Assembly (NCBI RefSeq): GCF_009834535.1
Contig: NC_045697.1
Location: 120,034,001 to 120,098,000 of the forward strand
Origin: Camelus ferus
Lineage: Eukaryota
Length of the DNA stretch: 64,000 nt
Direction of reading: 5' to 3'
Shown here in pieces: positions 25,702 through 40,000 of the stretch. The notes below the pieces were generated by a model. That model searched no databases. It saw only the letters and a list, made by a program, of their open reading frames with translations, and had not been told where the DNA came from. The first letter of the stretch is position 1. Every line of letters starts with the position of its first letter. Made by a program: the position numbers and the translations under genes.

Positions 25702-28700
25702 CAGGATAGCAGAACAAATTTTTTTGTGTGTGTTGGTGTAGGAAAATACACTCCAGGCAATTTTCTGGTGTTACAGCTCTTCCCAGGTTTGGAGTTGAGG
25801 CCTAATTACCTCCAATTCCAATGGGGAGGCACTCTATACTTCTTCGCTTTCCAGACCAACTCCCTGCTTTCCTTTGAAGCTCGGCCTAAGGAAACACCTA
25901 GGGATGACAATATTATTGATTTTATGAGAACACGCGCTCTGCTGCCTTTTGGAGGTACAACATACACTCAAAAATCCGGAACATGGATTTGCTTGGAGGA
26001 GGTATGGAGACCTAAACCACAAGATGCCTGGGGGCACAGTTACTCTCTGTTTGGGAGAATTCCGCTATTTACCTCTACAGTCAATCTCTGGGCAACTCTG
26101 GCTACTTGGATTTCCAGGCGAACCCCCATTTTCCCCCGCAGCCCGCACTGGAAAACACTCAGAGATTACAAGCTAGTGGTTCTATTGGAACTCAGGCACT
26201 GCAGACCGTTGTAGGAAGCTCCGCACATGCAGGATAACAGAACACATTTTGTGTGTCTTATTGAGATTCTAAAATCTCCATGCATGTTTGAAGGGGTACA
26301 GGTTTTCCTAGATTGGGGGTGTTCAGATTATTCAGAGTTAATGCCCATGGGGTGTTAATCGCTCCTGCTTGGATTTCCATCATATCCCCGAGTTTCCCTT
26401 GCAACCCAGTCAGAGAAAACAGTCAGGAAATTTAGCTAAATTTTCTATTGGAACCCTGGCGATGCTGAGAGTTGTAGAAACTTCTCCATACACAGTTTAA
26501 CAGAACACTTCTTTGTGTGTGTGATTGAGTAGGAAAACAGAGTCCATGCATGTCTCTGGGGTGCAGGTGTAACCAGGCTGTGAGACGTTGGCTAAGTATC
26601 TCCACAGCCCATGGGGAGGCACTCAGTTTTTCTTCGTTTACAGCCCTACTCCCAGCTTTCCATTGCAGCCCGGGTTGGAAAACACCCAGGGATGACAAAC
26701 TAAATGATTCTATCAGAAATCAGGCGCTACTGTCTCTTGGAGGAACCTCCACACACACAGGATTAACAAACACGTCTTTGCTTGGGAGAATTGTAAAGCC
26801 CCACTCCACACACAAGGCTGAGGGCACAAGTTTTTCCCTGTTAGGTAGAAGTCCGCTAATTACCTCTGCAGACAATCATGGGGCACTCGCATCTACTTGG
26901 ATTTCCATCCCAACCCCCAGGATTCCCTTGCAGCCCGGCCTGGGGAAACACACAGGGAAAGAATCTACTGGTGCTATTAGAACACATGCGAGGCTGACAT
27001 TTGTGGAAAACTTCGAACACTCATGATAACAGAGCACATCTTTCTGTGTGTGAAGGAGTAGTAAAACACACTCCAGTCATATTTCTGGGGATCCAGTTTT
27101 TCCCAGGTTGGGAGATGTCGGCTAGATTCCTTCAATGCCCATGTTGATGCATTGACTTCTTCTTCGTTTTCAAGCCCAACTCCCAACTTTCCCTTGCATC
27201 CCGGTCTAGGATTATACCCAGGGATGACAGTCTAAGTGATTTTTTCAGAGCTACGATGCTGCTGTATTTTTTAGGAACTTCCAGAAACTTAGGATTCTGG
27301 ATCAATTCTATGCTTGGGGGTAGCTTTGGAGACCCACACCACAGAGATGGCTTGGGGCACAGGTTTTTCCCTGTTAGGGAGATGTCCGCTAATTACCTCC
27401 ACATTCCATCACGAGTCACTCGCTGCAACATGGCTTTCCAGCGCAAGCACAGCATTCCCTCGCAGGCCGGGCTGGGAATACAATCAGGGATAATAATCCA
27501 GTGGTTCTATTGGAACCCAGGTGCTGCAGAACATTGTAGGATACTCCCCACACCCAGGACAAGAGAACACTTCTTTGTGTGTCTCATGAAGTTTCCTAAA
27601 AATACTCCACGCGTGTTTCAGTGGTTAAGGTGTTGCTAGATAGTGGGAGTTCGGAAAATTCCCACCAATGCCCATGGGGAGGCACTCGCTCCTGCTTGGC
27701 TTTCCAGCCCAACCCCCAGCTTTCCCTCTCAGCACGGCCTGGGAAAACACTCAGGGATAATATGCTATTGGTTGTATTGGAACCCAGTAGCTACCTACCT
27801 TTGTAGGCTCCTTCCCACATCTGGGATAACAGAAGAAAATTTTGTGTGTCTGATGTAGATGGGTAAACAAACTCCACGCATATTTCAGGGGGCACAGGTG
27901 TTCCAAGGCTGTGGGACGTCGGAAAATTACCTCAAATTCTCATGGGGTGTATCTCACTGCTGCTACGAAATACAGCCAAACCCACAGCTTTACCTCGCAG
28001 CTAGGCTTGTGTAAACACTCACGGAAAAGAAAATACTGGTGCTATTAGAACACAGGCGCTGCTGATATTTGTAGAATCCTCCCCACACTCAGGATAGCAG
28101 AACACATTTTTGTGTGTGTGATGGTGTAGCAAAATACACTCCATGCATATTAATGGGGGTACAGCTGTTCCCAGGTTTGGAGATGTCGCCTAATTACCTC
28201 CACTGTCAATGGGGAGGCACTCTATACTTCTTCGCTTTCCAGACTAATTCCCAGCTTTCCTTTGAAGCCCGGCCTAAGGAAACACCTAGGGATGACAATA
28301 TTTGCGATTCTATCAGAACCCCATCTCTGCTGACATTTGGAGGTAAAACACACACTCAAAATTCTGGAACATGGCTTTGCTTGGTGGAGGTATGGAGACC
28401 AACACCACAATATGCCTGGGGGCACAGTTTCTCTCTGTCTGGTAGAAGTCCGCTCATTACCTCTACAATCAATCTCTGGGTAAACCTGGCTAATTGGCTT
28501 TCCAGCCGAACCCCCAGTTTCCCTCGTATCCCGCCCTGGAACACACTAAGAGATTATAAGCTAGTGGTTCTATTGGAACCAAGGCACTGCAGACCGTTTT
28601 AGGTAGCTCCACACACGCAGGTTAACAGAAAATTTATTTTGTGTCTTATAGAGATGTAAAAAATTCCACGCATGTTTCAGCGGGTACAGTTTTACCCAGG

Positions 28701-31006
28701 TACGGGGAGGTCAGATTATTCCCATTAATGCCCATGGGGAGGTAATCGCTCCTGCTTGTATTTCCATACCATCCCCCAGTTTCCCTTGCAACCCAGTCAG
28801 AGAAAACAGTCAGGAAATATAGCTAAAATTTCTGTTAGAAACCAGGCGCTGCTGACAGTTGTAGAAACCTCCCCATACACAGGGAAACAGAACACTTCTT
28901 TGTGTGTGAGATGGAGTAGAAATAAACAGTACATGCATGTATCAATGGTGCAGGTGTAACCAGTTTGGGAGACTTTGGCTAAGTATCTCCACAGCCCATG
29001 GGGATGCACTCTGTTTTCTTCGATTTCCAGCCCTACTCCCAGCTTTCCCTTGCAGCCCGTGTTAGGAAAACACTCAGGGATGACAAACTAAATCATTCTA
29101 TCAGAACCAGTGCGCTGCTGTATGTGTGGAGGAACCTCCAAACACTCAATATTCTGGAAAACGTATTTGCTTGGTGCGAAATGTGAAGCCCCACAGCACA
29201 CTCAAACCTGGGGCCCAAGATTTTCCCTTTTAGGGCCAAGTCCGCTAATTACCTCCATAGTCCATCTCTGGGTACTCACTGCTACTTGGATTAACTGTCC
29301 AACACGCATGTTTCCCTTGTAGCCCGGCCTGGGGTAACACAGAGTGAAAAGAAGCTATTGGTGCTATTCGAACCCATGCCCTGCTGACAAATGTGGAAAC
29401 CTTCGAACACTAAGGATAACAGAACATATCTTTCTGTGTGTGATGGTGTAGGAAAACACACTCCAGGCATTTTTATGGGGATCCAGGTTTTCCCAGGTTG
29501 GGAGATGTCGTCTTGATTCCTTCAGTGTCCATGGGGTGGCACTGTCTTCTTCTTCCTTTTCAAGCCCAACTCCCAGCTTTCCCTTGCAGCCCGGACAAGT
29601 GAAACACCCATGGAAGACAAATAAGTGATTCTATCAGAACCCCGGCGTTGCTGTCTGTTGGAGGATCCTCCAAAGCTTCAGTATTCTGGAACACGTCTTT
29701 TAGTGTGGGGAGTTGTGGAACCCCAATCCACGCAGATGGATGGGGTCACAGATATGTCCCTGTTAGGGAGAAGTCCGCTAATTACCTCCACAGTGAATCT
29801 TGGGGCACTCGCTTCTTCTTAGATTTTCACTCTGTCCGCCAGTATTCACTCGCAGCCCGGCCTAGTAAAACACTCAGTGATAATAAGCTATGTTTCTATT
29901 GGAACCCTGGTGCTGCAGACAATTGTAGGTACCTCCCCACAATCAGAATAACACAACAATAATTTGAGTGTCTCATTTAGATTGGTAAACAAATTCACGC
30001 ATGTTTCAGTTTGTATAGGAGTTCCTAGGTTGTGGGAGGTCGGATATTTACATCCACTGTCCATGGGGAGTCCCTTGCAGTTGCTTGGATTCCAGCCCAA
30101 CCCCCAGCATTCCCTCGCATCCCGGCCTGTGAAAACACTCAGGGAAAAAAGCTACAGTTTCTATAAGAACTAAGGCGCTCCTGACAGTTGTAGAAACATC
30201 CCTACACTAAGGAAAACAGAACAAAGCTTTGTGTGTGTGATGGATTAGGAAAACTCAGTAAGGCATGTCTCTGGGGTTCAGGTGTTCGCAGGTTGTGAAA
30301 TGTTGGCTAATTACCTCCACTGCCCATGGGGAAGAACTCTCTTCTTCTTCGATATCCAGCCCTAATCCTAGCATTCCCTTGAAGCCCGACCATGGAAAAC
30401 ACCCAGGGATGACAAACTAAATAATTCTATCAGAACCAGGGTGCTGCTGTATGTTGGAGGAACCTCCAAACACTCAGGATTCCGGAACACGGATTTGCTT
30501 GGTACGAATTTTGAAGCCCCAGAGCACACTAATTGCTGGGGCCCAAGATTTTCCCTTTTAGGGCTAAGTCCGCTAATTACCTCCATAGTCCATCTCGGGG
30601 CATTCGCTGCTACTTGGATTTAAAGCCCAAACCCAAACGTTCCCAGGCAGACCGGCCTGGGAAGCACACAGGGAAAATATGTTATTGGTGGTAACGGAAC
30701 CCAGTCTCTACTTACCGTTGTAGGAATCTTCCCACAACTAGGATAAAAGAAGAAACATTTGTGTGTCTGATGGTGATGGGTAAACAAACTCCAAGGATGT
30801 ATCAGGGTGCTTAGTGTTTCCAAGGATGTGTGACGTCGGAAAATTACCTCAAATTCTCATGCGGAGTAACTGGCTGCTGCTACGAATTACAGCCAAGCCC
30901 ACAGCTTTTCCTGGCAGCCAGGCCTGTGAAAAAACTCATGGAAAACAAAATACTGGTGCTACTAGAACCCAGGCACTCCTGAAATTTGTAGAATACTCCG
31001 AACAAT
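25702..31006 (+). repeat. HOR unit 5: 20-monomer HOR (5305 bp)
   Basis: m1 anchors lie at 25702 and 31007. Only a handful of substitutions separate it from unit 4. Confidence 0.95.
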
Positions 31007-34000
31007 CAGGATAGCAGAACAAATTTTTTTGTGTGTGTTGGTGTAGGAAAATACACTCCAGGCAATTTTCTGGTGTTACAGCTCTTCCCAGGTTTGGAGT
31101 TGAGGCCTAATTACCTCCAATTCCAATGGGGAGGCAGTCTATAATTCTTCGCTTTCCAGACCAACTCCCTGCTTTCCTTTGAAGCTCGGCCTAAGAAAAC
31201 ACCTAAGGATGACAATATTATTGATTTTATGAGAACACGCGCTCTGCTGCCTTTTGGAGGTACAACACACACTCAAAAATCCGGAACATGGATTTGCTTG
31301 GAGGAGGTATGGAGACCTAAACCACAAGATGCCTGGGGGCACAGTTACTCTCTGTTTGGGAGAATTCCGCTATTTACCTCTACAGTCAATCTCTGGGCAA
31401 CTCTGGCTACTTGGATTTCCAGGCGAACCCCCATTTTCCCCCGCAGCCCGCACTGGAAAACACTCAGAGATTACAAGCTAGTGGTTCTATTGGAACTCAG
31501 GCACTGCAGACCGTTGTAGGAAGCTCCGCACATGCAGGATAACAGAACACATTTTGTGTGTCTTATTGAGATTCTAAAATCTCCATGCATGTTTGAAGGG
31601 GTACAGGTTTTCCTAGATTGGGGGTGTTCAGATTATTCAGAGTTAATGCCCATGGGGTGTTAATCGCTCCTGCTTGGATTTCCATCATATCCCCGAGTTT
31701 CCCTTGCAACCCAGTCAGAGAAAACAGTCAGGAAATTTAGCTAAAATTTCTATTGGAACCCTGGCGATGCTGAGAGTTGTAGAAACTTCTCCATACACAG
31801 TTTAACAGAACACTTCTTTGTGTGTGTGATTGAGTAGGAAAACAGAGTCCATGCATGTCTCTGGGGTGCAGGTGTAACCAGGCTGTGAGACGTTGGCTAA
31901 ATATCTCCACAGCCCAAGGGGATGCACTCAGTTTTTCTTCGTTTACAGCCCTAATCCCAGCTTTCCATTGCAGCCCGGGTTGGAAAACACCCAGGGATGA
32001 CAAACTAAATGATTCTATCAGAAATCAGGTGCTACTGTCCCTTGGAGGAACCTCCACACACACAGGATTAACAAACACGTCTTTGCTTGGGAGAATTGTA
32101 AAGCCCCACTCCACACACAAGGCTGAGGGCACAAGTTTTTCCCTGTTAGGTAGAAGTCCGCTAATTACCTCTGCAGACAATAATGGGGCACTCGCATCTA
32201 CTTGGATTTCCATCCCAACCCCCAGGATTCCCTTGCAGCCCGGCCTGGGGAAACACACAGGGAAAACAATCTACTGGTGCTATTAGAACACATGCGAGGC
32301 TGACATTTGTGGAAAACTTCGAACACTCATGATGACAGAGCACATCTTTCTGTGTGTGAAGGAGTAGTAAAACACACTCCAGTCATATTTCTGGGGATCC
32401 AGTTTTTTCCAGGTTGGGAGATGTCGGCTAGATTCCTTCAATGCCCATGTTGATGCATTGACTTCTTCTTCGTTTTCAAGCCCAACTCCCAACTTTCCCT
32501 TGCATCCCGGTCTAGGATTATACCCAGGGATGACAGTCTAAGTGATTTTTTCAGAGCTACGATGCTGCTGTATTTTTTAGGAACTTCCAGAAACTTAGGA
32601 TTCTGGATCAATTCTATGCTTGGGGGTAGCTTTGGAGACCCACACCACAGAGATGGCTTGGGGCACAGGTTTTTCCCTGTTAGGGAGATGTCCGCTAATT
32701 ACCTCCACATTCCATCACGAGTCACTCGCTGCAACATGGCTTTCCAGCGCAAGCACAGCATTCCCTCGCAGGCCGGGCTGGGAATACAATCAGGGATAAT
32801 AATCCAGTGGTTCTATTGGAACCCAGGTGCTGCAGAACATTGTAGGATACTCCCCACACCCAGGACAAGAGAACACTTCTTTGTGTGTCTCATGAAGTTT
32901 CCTAAAAATACTCCACGCGTGTTTCAGTGGTTAAGGTGTTGCTAGATAGTGGGAGTTCGGAAAATTCCCACCAATGCCCATGGGGAGGCACTCGCTCCTG
33001 CTTGGCTTTCCAGCCCAACCCCCAGCTTTCCCTCTCAGCACGGCCTGGGAAAACACTCAGGGATAATATGCTATTGGTTGTATTGGAACCCAGTAGCTAC
33101 CTACCTTTGTAGGCTCCTTCCCACATCTGGGATAACAGAAGAAAACTTTGTGTGTCTGATGGAGATGGGTAAACAAACTCCACGCATATTTCAGGGGGCA
33201 CAGGTGTTCCAAGGCTGTGGGACGTCGGAAAATTACCTCAAATTCTCATGGGGTGTATCTCACTGCTGCTACGAAATACAGCCAAACCCACAGCTTTACC
33301 TCGCAGCTAGGCTTGTGTAAACACTCACGGAAAAGAAAATACTGGTGCTATTAGAACACAGGCGCTGCTGATATTTGTAGAATCCTCCCCACACTCAGGA
33401 TAGCAGAACACATTTTTGTGTGTGTGATGGTGTAGCAAAATACACTCCATGCATATTAATGGGGGTACAGCTGTTCCCAGGTTTGGAGATGTCGCCTAAT
33501 TACCTCCACTGTCAATGGGGAGGCACTCTATACTTCTTCGCTTTCCAGACTAATTCCCAGCTTTCCTTTGAAGCCCGGCCTAAGGAAACACCTAGGGATG
33601 ACAATATTTGCGATTCTATCAGAACCCCATCTCTGCTGACATTTGGAGGTAAAACACACACTCAAAATTCTGGAACATGGCTTTGCTTGGTGGAGGTATG
33701 GAGACCAACACCACAATATGCCTGGGGGCACAGTTTCTCTCTGTCTGGTAGAAGTCCGCTCATTACCTCTACAATCAATCTCTGGGTAAACCTGGCTAAT
33801 TGGCTTTCCAGCCGAACCCCCAGTTTCCCTCGTATCCCGCCCTGGAACACACTAAGAGATTATAAGCTAGTGGTTCTATTGGAACCAAGGCACTGCAGAC
33901 CGTTTTAGGTAGCTCCACACACGCAGGTTAACAGAAAATTTATTTTGTGTCTGATAGAGATGTAAAAAATTCCACGCATGTTTCAGCGGGTACAGTTTTA

Positions 34001-37000
34001 CCCAGGTACGGGGAGGTCAGATTATTCCCATTAATGCCCATGGGGAGGTAATCGCTCCTGCTTGTATTTCCATACCATCCCCCAGTTTCCCTTGCAACCC
34101 AGTCAGAGAAAACAGTCAGGAAATATAGCTAAAATTTCTGTTAGAAACCAGGCGCTGCTGACAGTTGTAGAAACCTCCCCATACACAGGGAAACAGAACA
34201 CTTCTTTGTGTGTGAGATGGAGTAGAAATAAACAGTACATGCATGTATCAATGGTGCAGGTGTAACCAGTTTGGGAGACTTTGGCTAAGTATCTCCACAG
34301 CCCATGGGGATGCACTCTGTTTTCTTCGATTTCCAGCCCTACTCCCAGCTTTCCCTTGCAGCCCGTGTTAGGAAAACACTCAGGGGTGACAAACTAAATC
34401 ATTCTATCAGAACCAGTGCGCTGCTGTATGTGTGGAGGAACCTCCAAACACTCAATATTCTGGAAAACGTATTTGCTTGGTGCGAAATGTGAAGCCCCAC
34501 AGCACACTCAAACCTGGGGGCCAAGATTTTCCCTTTTAGGGCCAAGTCCGCTAATTACCTCCATAGTCCATCTCTGGGTACTCACTGCTACTTGGATTAA
34601 CAGTCCAACACGCATGTTTCCCTTGTAGCCCGGCCTGGGGTAACACAGAGTGAAAAGAAGCTATTGGTGCTATTCGAACCCATGCCCTGCTGACAAATGT
34701 GGAAACCTTCGAACACTAAGGATAACAGAACATATCTTTCTGTGTGTGATGGTGTAGGAAAACACACTCCAGGCATTTTTATGGGGATCCAGGTTTTCCC
34801 AGGTTGGGAGATGTCGTCTTGATTCCTTCAGTGTCCATGGGGTGGCACTGTTTCTTCTTCCTTTTCAAGCCCAACTCCCAGCTTTCCCTTGCAGCCCGGA
34901 CAAGTGAAACACCCATGGAAGACAAATAAGTGATTCTATCAGAACCCCGGTGTTGCTGTCTGTTGGAGGATCCTCCAAAGCTTCAGTATTCTGGAACACG
35001 TCTTTTAGTGTGGGGAGTTGTGGAACCCCAATCCACGCAGATGGATGGGGTCACAGATATGTCCCTGTTAGGGAGAAGGCCGCTAATTACCTCCACAGTG
35101 AATCTTGGGGCACTCGCTTCTTCTTAGATTTTCACTCTGTCCGCCAGTATTCACTCGCAGCCCGGCCTAGTAAAACACTCAGTGATAATAAGCTATGTTT
35201 CTATTGGAACCCTGGTGCTGCAGACAATTGTAGGTACCTCCCCACAATCAGAATAACACAACAATAATTTGAGTGTCTCATTTAGATTGGTAAACAAATT
35301 CACGCATGTTTCAGTTTGTATAGGAGTTCCTAGGTTGTGGGAGGTCGGATATTTACATCCACTGTCCATGGGGAGTCCCTTGCAGTTGCTTGGATTCCAG
35401 CCCAACCCCCAGCATTCCCTCGCATCCCGGCCTGTGAAAACACTCAGGGAAAAAAGCTACAGTTTCTATAAGAACTAAGGCGCTCCTGACAGTTGTAGAA
35501 ACATCCCTACACTAAGGAAAACAGAACAAAGCTTTGTGTGTGTGATGGATTAGGAAAACTCAGTAAGGCATGTCTCTGGGGTTCAGGTGTTCGCAGGTTG
35601 TGAAATGTTGGCTAATTACCTCCACTGCCCATGGGGAAGAACTCTCTTCTTCTTCGATATCCAGCCCTAATCCTAGCATTCCCTCGCAGCCCGCCCAGGA
35701 AAACACTCAGAAATTATAAGCTAGTGGTTCTATTGGAACCAAGGACTTACAGATCTTTGTAGGAAGCTCCGCACACGCAGGATAACAGAACATATTTTGT
35801 GTGTCTGATTGAGATTCTAAAATCTCCACGCATGTTTCAAGGGGTACAGGTTTTCCTAGATTGGGGGTGTTCAGATTATTCAGAGTTAATGCCCATGGGG
35901 AGTTAATCGCTCCTGCTTGAATTTCCATCATATCCCCCAGTATCCCTTGCAACCCAGTCAGAGAAAACAGTCAGGAAATTTAGCTAAAATTTCTTTTATA
36001 ACCCAGGCGATGCTTACAGTTGTAGAAACTTCTCCATACACAGTTTAACAGAACACTTCTTTGTGTGTGTGATTGAGTAGGAAAACAGAGTCCATGCATG
36101 TCTCTGGGGTGCAGGTGTAACCAGGCTGTGAGACGTTGGCTAAGTATCTCCACAGCCCATGGGGAGGCACTCAGTTTTTCTTCGTTTACAGCCCTACTCC
36201 CAGCTTTCCATTGCAGCCCGGGTTGGAAAACACCCAGGGATGACAAACTAAATGATTCTATCAGAAATCAGGCGCTACTGTCTCTTGGAGGAACCTCCAC
36301 ACACACAGGATTAACAAACACGTCTTTGCTTGGGAGAATTGTGAAGCCCCACTCCACACACATGGCTGAGGGCACAAGATTTTCCCTGTTAGGTAGAAGT
36401 CCGCTAATTACCTCTACAGACAATCATGGGGCACTCGCTTCTACTTGGATTTCCATCCCAACCCCCAGGATTCCCTTGCAGCCCGGCCTGGGGAAACACA
36501 CAGGGAAAACAATCTACTGGTGCTATTAGAACACATGCGAGGCTGACATTTGTGGAAAACTTCGAACACTCATGATAACAGAGCACATCTTTCTGTGTGT
36601 GAAGGAGTAGTAAAACACACTCCAGTCATATTTCTGGGGATCCAGTTTTTCCCAGGTTGGGAGATGTCGGCTAGATTCCTTCAATGCCCATGTTGATGCA
36701 TTGACTTCTTCTTCGTTTTCAAGCCCAACTCCCAACTTTCCCTTGCATCCCGGTCTAGGATTATACCAGGGATGACAGTCTAAGTGATTTTTTCAGAGCT
36801 ACGATGCTGCTGTATTTTTTAGGAACTTCCAGAAACTTAGGATTCTGGATCAATTCTATGCTTGGGGGTAGCTTTGGAGACCCACACCACAGAGATGTCT
36901 TGGGTCACAGGTTTTTCCCTGTTAGGGAGATGTCCACTAATTTCCTTCAGAATACATCAAGGTTCACTCGCTGCAAAATGGCTTTCCAGCACAAGCGCAG

Positions 37001-40000
37001 CATTCCCTCGCAGGCCGGCCTGGGAAAACAATCAGGGATAATAATCCAGTGGTTCTATTGGAACCCAGGTGCTGCAGAACATTTTAGGATACTCCCCACA
37101 CCCAGGACAAGAGAACACTTCTTTGTGTGTCTCATGAAGTTTCGTAAAAAATCTCCACACGTATTTCAGGGGTTAAGGTGTTGCTAGTTAGTGGGAGTTC
37201 AGAAATTTCCCACCAATGCCCATGGGGAAGCACTCACTCCTGCCTGGCTTTCCAGCCCAACCCACAGCTTTCCCTCTCAGCACGGCCTGGGAAAACACTC
37301 AGGGATATTATGCTATTGATTATATTTGAACCCAGTAGCTACCTACATTTGTAGGCTCCTTCCCACATCTGGGATAACAGAAGAAAACTTTGTGTGTCTG
37401 ATGTAGATGGGTAAACAATCTCCACGCATATTTCAGCTGGCACAGGTGTTCCAAGGCTGTGGGACGTCGGAAAATTACCCTCAAATTCTCATGGGGAGTA
37501 TCTCACTGCTGCTACAAAATACAGCCAAACCCACAGCTTTACCTCGCACCTAGGCTTGTGTAAACACTCACGGAAAAGAAAATACTGGTGCTTTTAGAAC
37601 CCAGGCGCTGCTGAAATTTGTAGAATCCTCCCCACACTCAGGATAGCAGAACACAACTTTATGTGTGTGATGGTGTAGAAAAATACACTCCAGGCATATT
37701 TCTGGGGGTACAGCTGTTCCCAGGTTTGGAGATGTCGCCTAATTACCTCCACTGCCAATGTGGAGGCAATCTATACTTCTTCGCTTTGCAGAACATTTCC
37801 CAAATTTCCCTTGCAGCCCGGCCTATTAAAACACCTAGGGATGACAATATTAGTGATTCTATGAGAAACCCATCGCTGCTGCCTGTTGGAGGTACAACAC
37901 AAACTCAAAATTCTGGAACATGGCTTTGCTTCGTGGAGGTGTGGAGAGCAACACCACAAGATTCCTGGGGGCACATTTCTCTCTCTCTGGGAGAAGTCTT
38001 CTAATTACCTCTACAGTCAATCTCTGGGCACTCGTTGCTACTTGGCTTTCCAGCCGAACCCCAAGCTTTCCCTCGCAGCCCGCCCTGGAAAACACTCAGA
38101 GATATTAAGTTAATGGTTCTATTGCAACTCAAGCACTGCAGACCGTTGTAGGAACCTCGGCACACGCAAGATAACAGAAAAATTTTTTTGTGTCTCATTG
38201 AGATGGTAAAAGCTCCACGCATGTTTCAGGGTGTACTGGTGTTCCTAGGTTGTGGGAGGTCAGATACATCCCACTACAGCCCATGGGGAAGTACTGGCAC
38301 CTGCTTGGCTTTCCAGCCCATCCCTCAATTTCCTTTGCAACCCAGCCTGAGTAAACAATCAGGAAATGTAGCTAAAGTTTCTACCAGTGCCCAGGATCTG
38401 CAGTCTGTTGTAGGAACTTCAACACACACTGGATTCCCAAACACGGCTTTGCTTGGAAGGGTTTTGAAGCCCCAATGCACAAACATGGCTGGGGGCACAA
38501 GTTATTCCTTGTTAGGCAGAAGTCCGCTAATTAGCTCTATAGTCCTTCTGGGGCACCCGCTTCTACTTGGAATTCCAGCCCAACCCACATTATTCCCGAG
38601 CAGCCCGGCCTGGGTTAACACAGAGGGAAAAGAAGCTATTGGTGCTATATGAACCCATGCCCTGCTGACAATTGTGTAAACCTTCGAAAACTCAGGATAA
38701 AAGAACATATCTTTCTGTGTGTGACGGAGTAGGAAAACACACTCCAGGCATGTTTCGGGGGCACAGATTTTACCAGGATGGGAGATGTCGCCTAATTACC
38801 TCCACTGCCAATGGGGAGGCACTCTAAACTTCTTCGCTTTCCAGACTAATTCCCAGCTTTCCTTTGAAGCCCGGCCTAAGGAAACACCTAGGGATGACAA
38901 TATTAGCGATTCTATCAGAACTCCATCTCTGCTGACAGTTGGAGGTACAACACACACTCAAAATTCTGGAACATGGCTTTGCTTGGTGGAGGTATGGAGA
39001 CCAACACCACAATATGCCTGGGGGCACAGTTTCTCTCTGTCTGGTAGAAGTCCGCTCATTACCTCTACAATCAATTTCTGGGCAATCCTGGCTAATTGGC
39101 TTTCCAGCCGAACCCCCAGTTTCCCTCGTAGACCGCCCTGGAACACACTAAGAGATTATAAGCTAGTGGTTCTATTGGAACCCAGGCACTGCAGACCGTT
39201 TTAGGAAGCTCCGCACACGCAGGATAACAGAACACTTATTTTGTGTCTGATAGAGATGTTAAAAATTCCACGCATGTTTCAGCGGGTACAGGATTTCCTA
39301 TGTTGGGGGATGTCATATTATTCCCATTAACGTCCATGGGGAGGTAATCGCTCCTGCTTGGATTTCCATACCATCCCCCAGTTTCCCTTGCAACCCAGTC
39401 AGAAGAATCAGTCAGGAAATATAGCTTAATTTCTATTAGAAGCCAGGCGCTGCTGACAGTTGTAGAAACCTCCCCATACACAGGGAAACAGAACACTTCT
39501 TTGTGTGTGAGATGGAGTAGAACTAAATAGTACATGCATGTATCAGGGGTGCAGGTGTAACCAGTTTGGGAGACGTTGGCTAAGTATCTCCACAGCCCAT
39601 GGGGATGCACTCAGTTTTCTTCGATTTCCAGCCCTACTCCCAGCTTTCCCTTGCAGCCCGTGTTAGGAAAACACTCAGGGATGACAAACTTACTCATTCT
39701 ATCAGAACCAGTGCGCTGCTGTATGTGTGGAGGAACCTCCAAACACTCAGTATTCTGGAACACGGATTTGCTTGGTGCGAATTGTGAAGCCCCACAGCAC
39801 ACTCAATCCTGGGGCCCAAGATTTTCCCTTTTAGGGCCAAGTCCGCTAATTACCTCCATAGTCCATCTCTGGGTACTCACTGCTACTTGGATTCCCAGCC
39901 CAACACCCATGTTTCCCTTGCAGCCCGGCCTGGGGTAACACAGAGTGAAAAGAAGCTATTGGTGCTATTCGAACCCATGCACTGCTGACAAATGTGGAAA

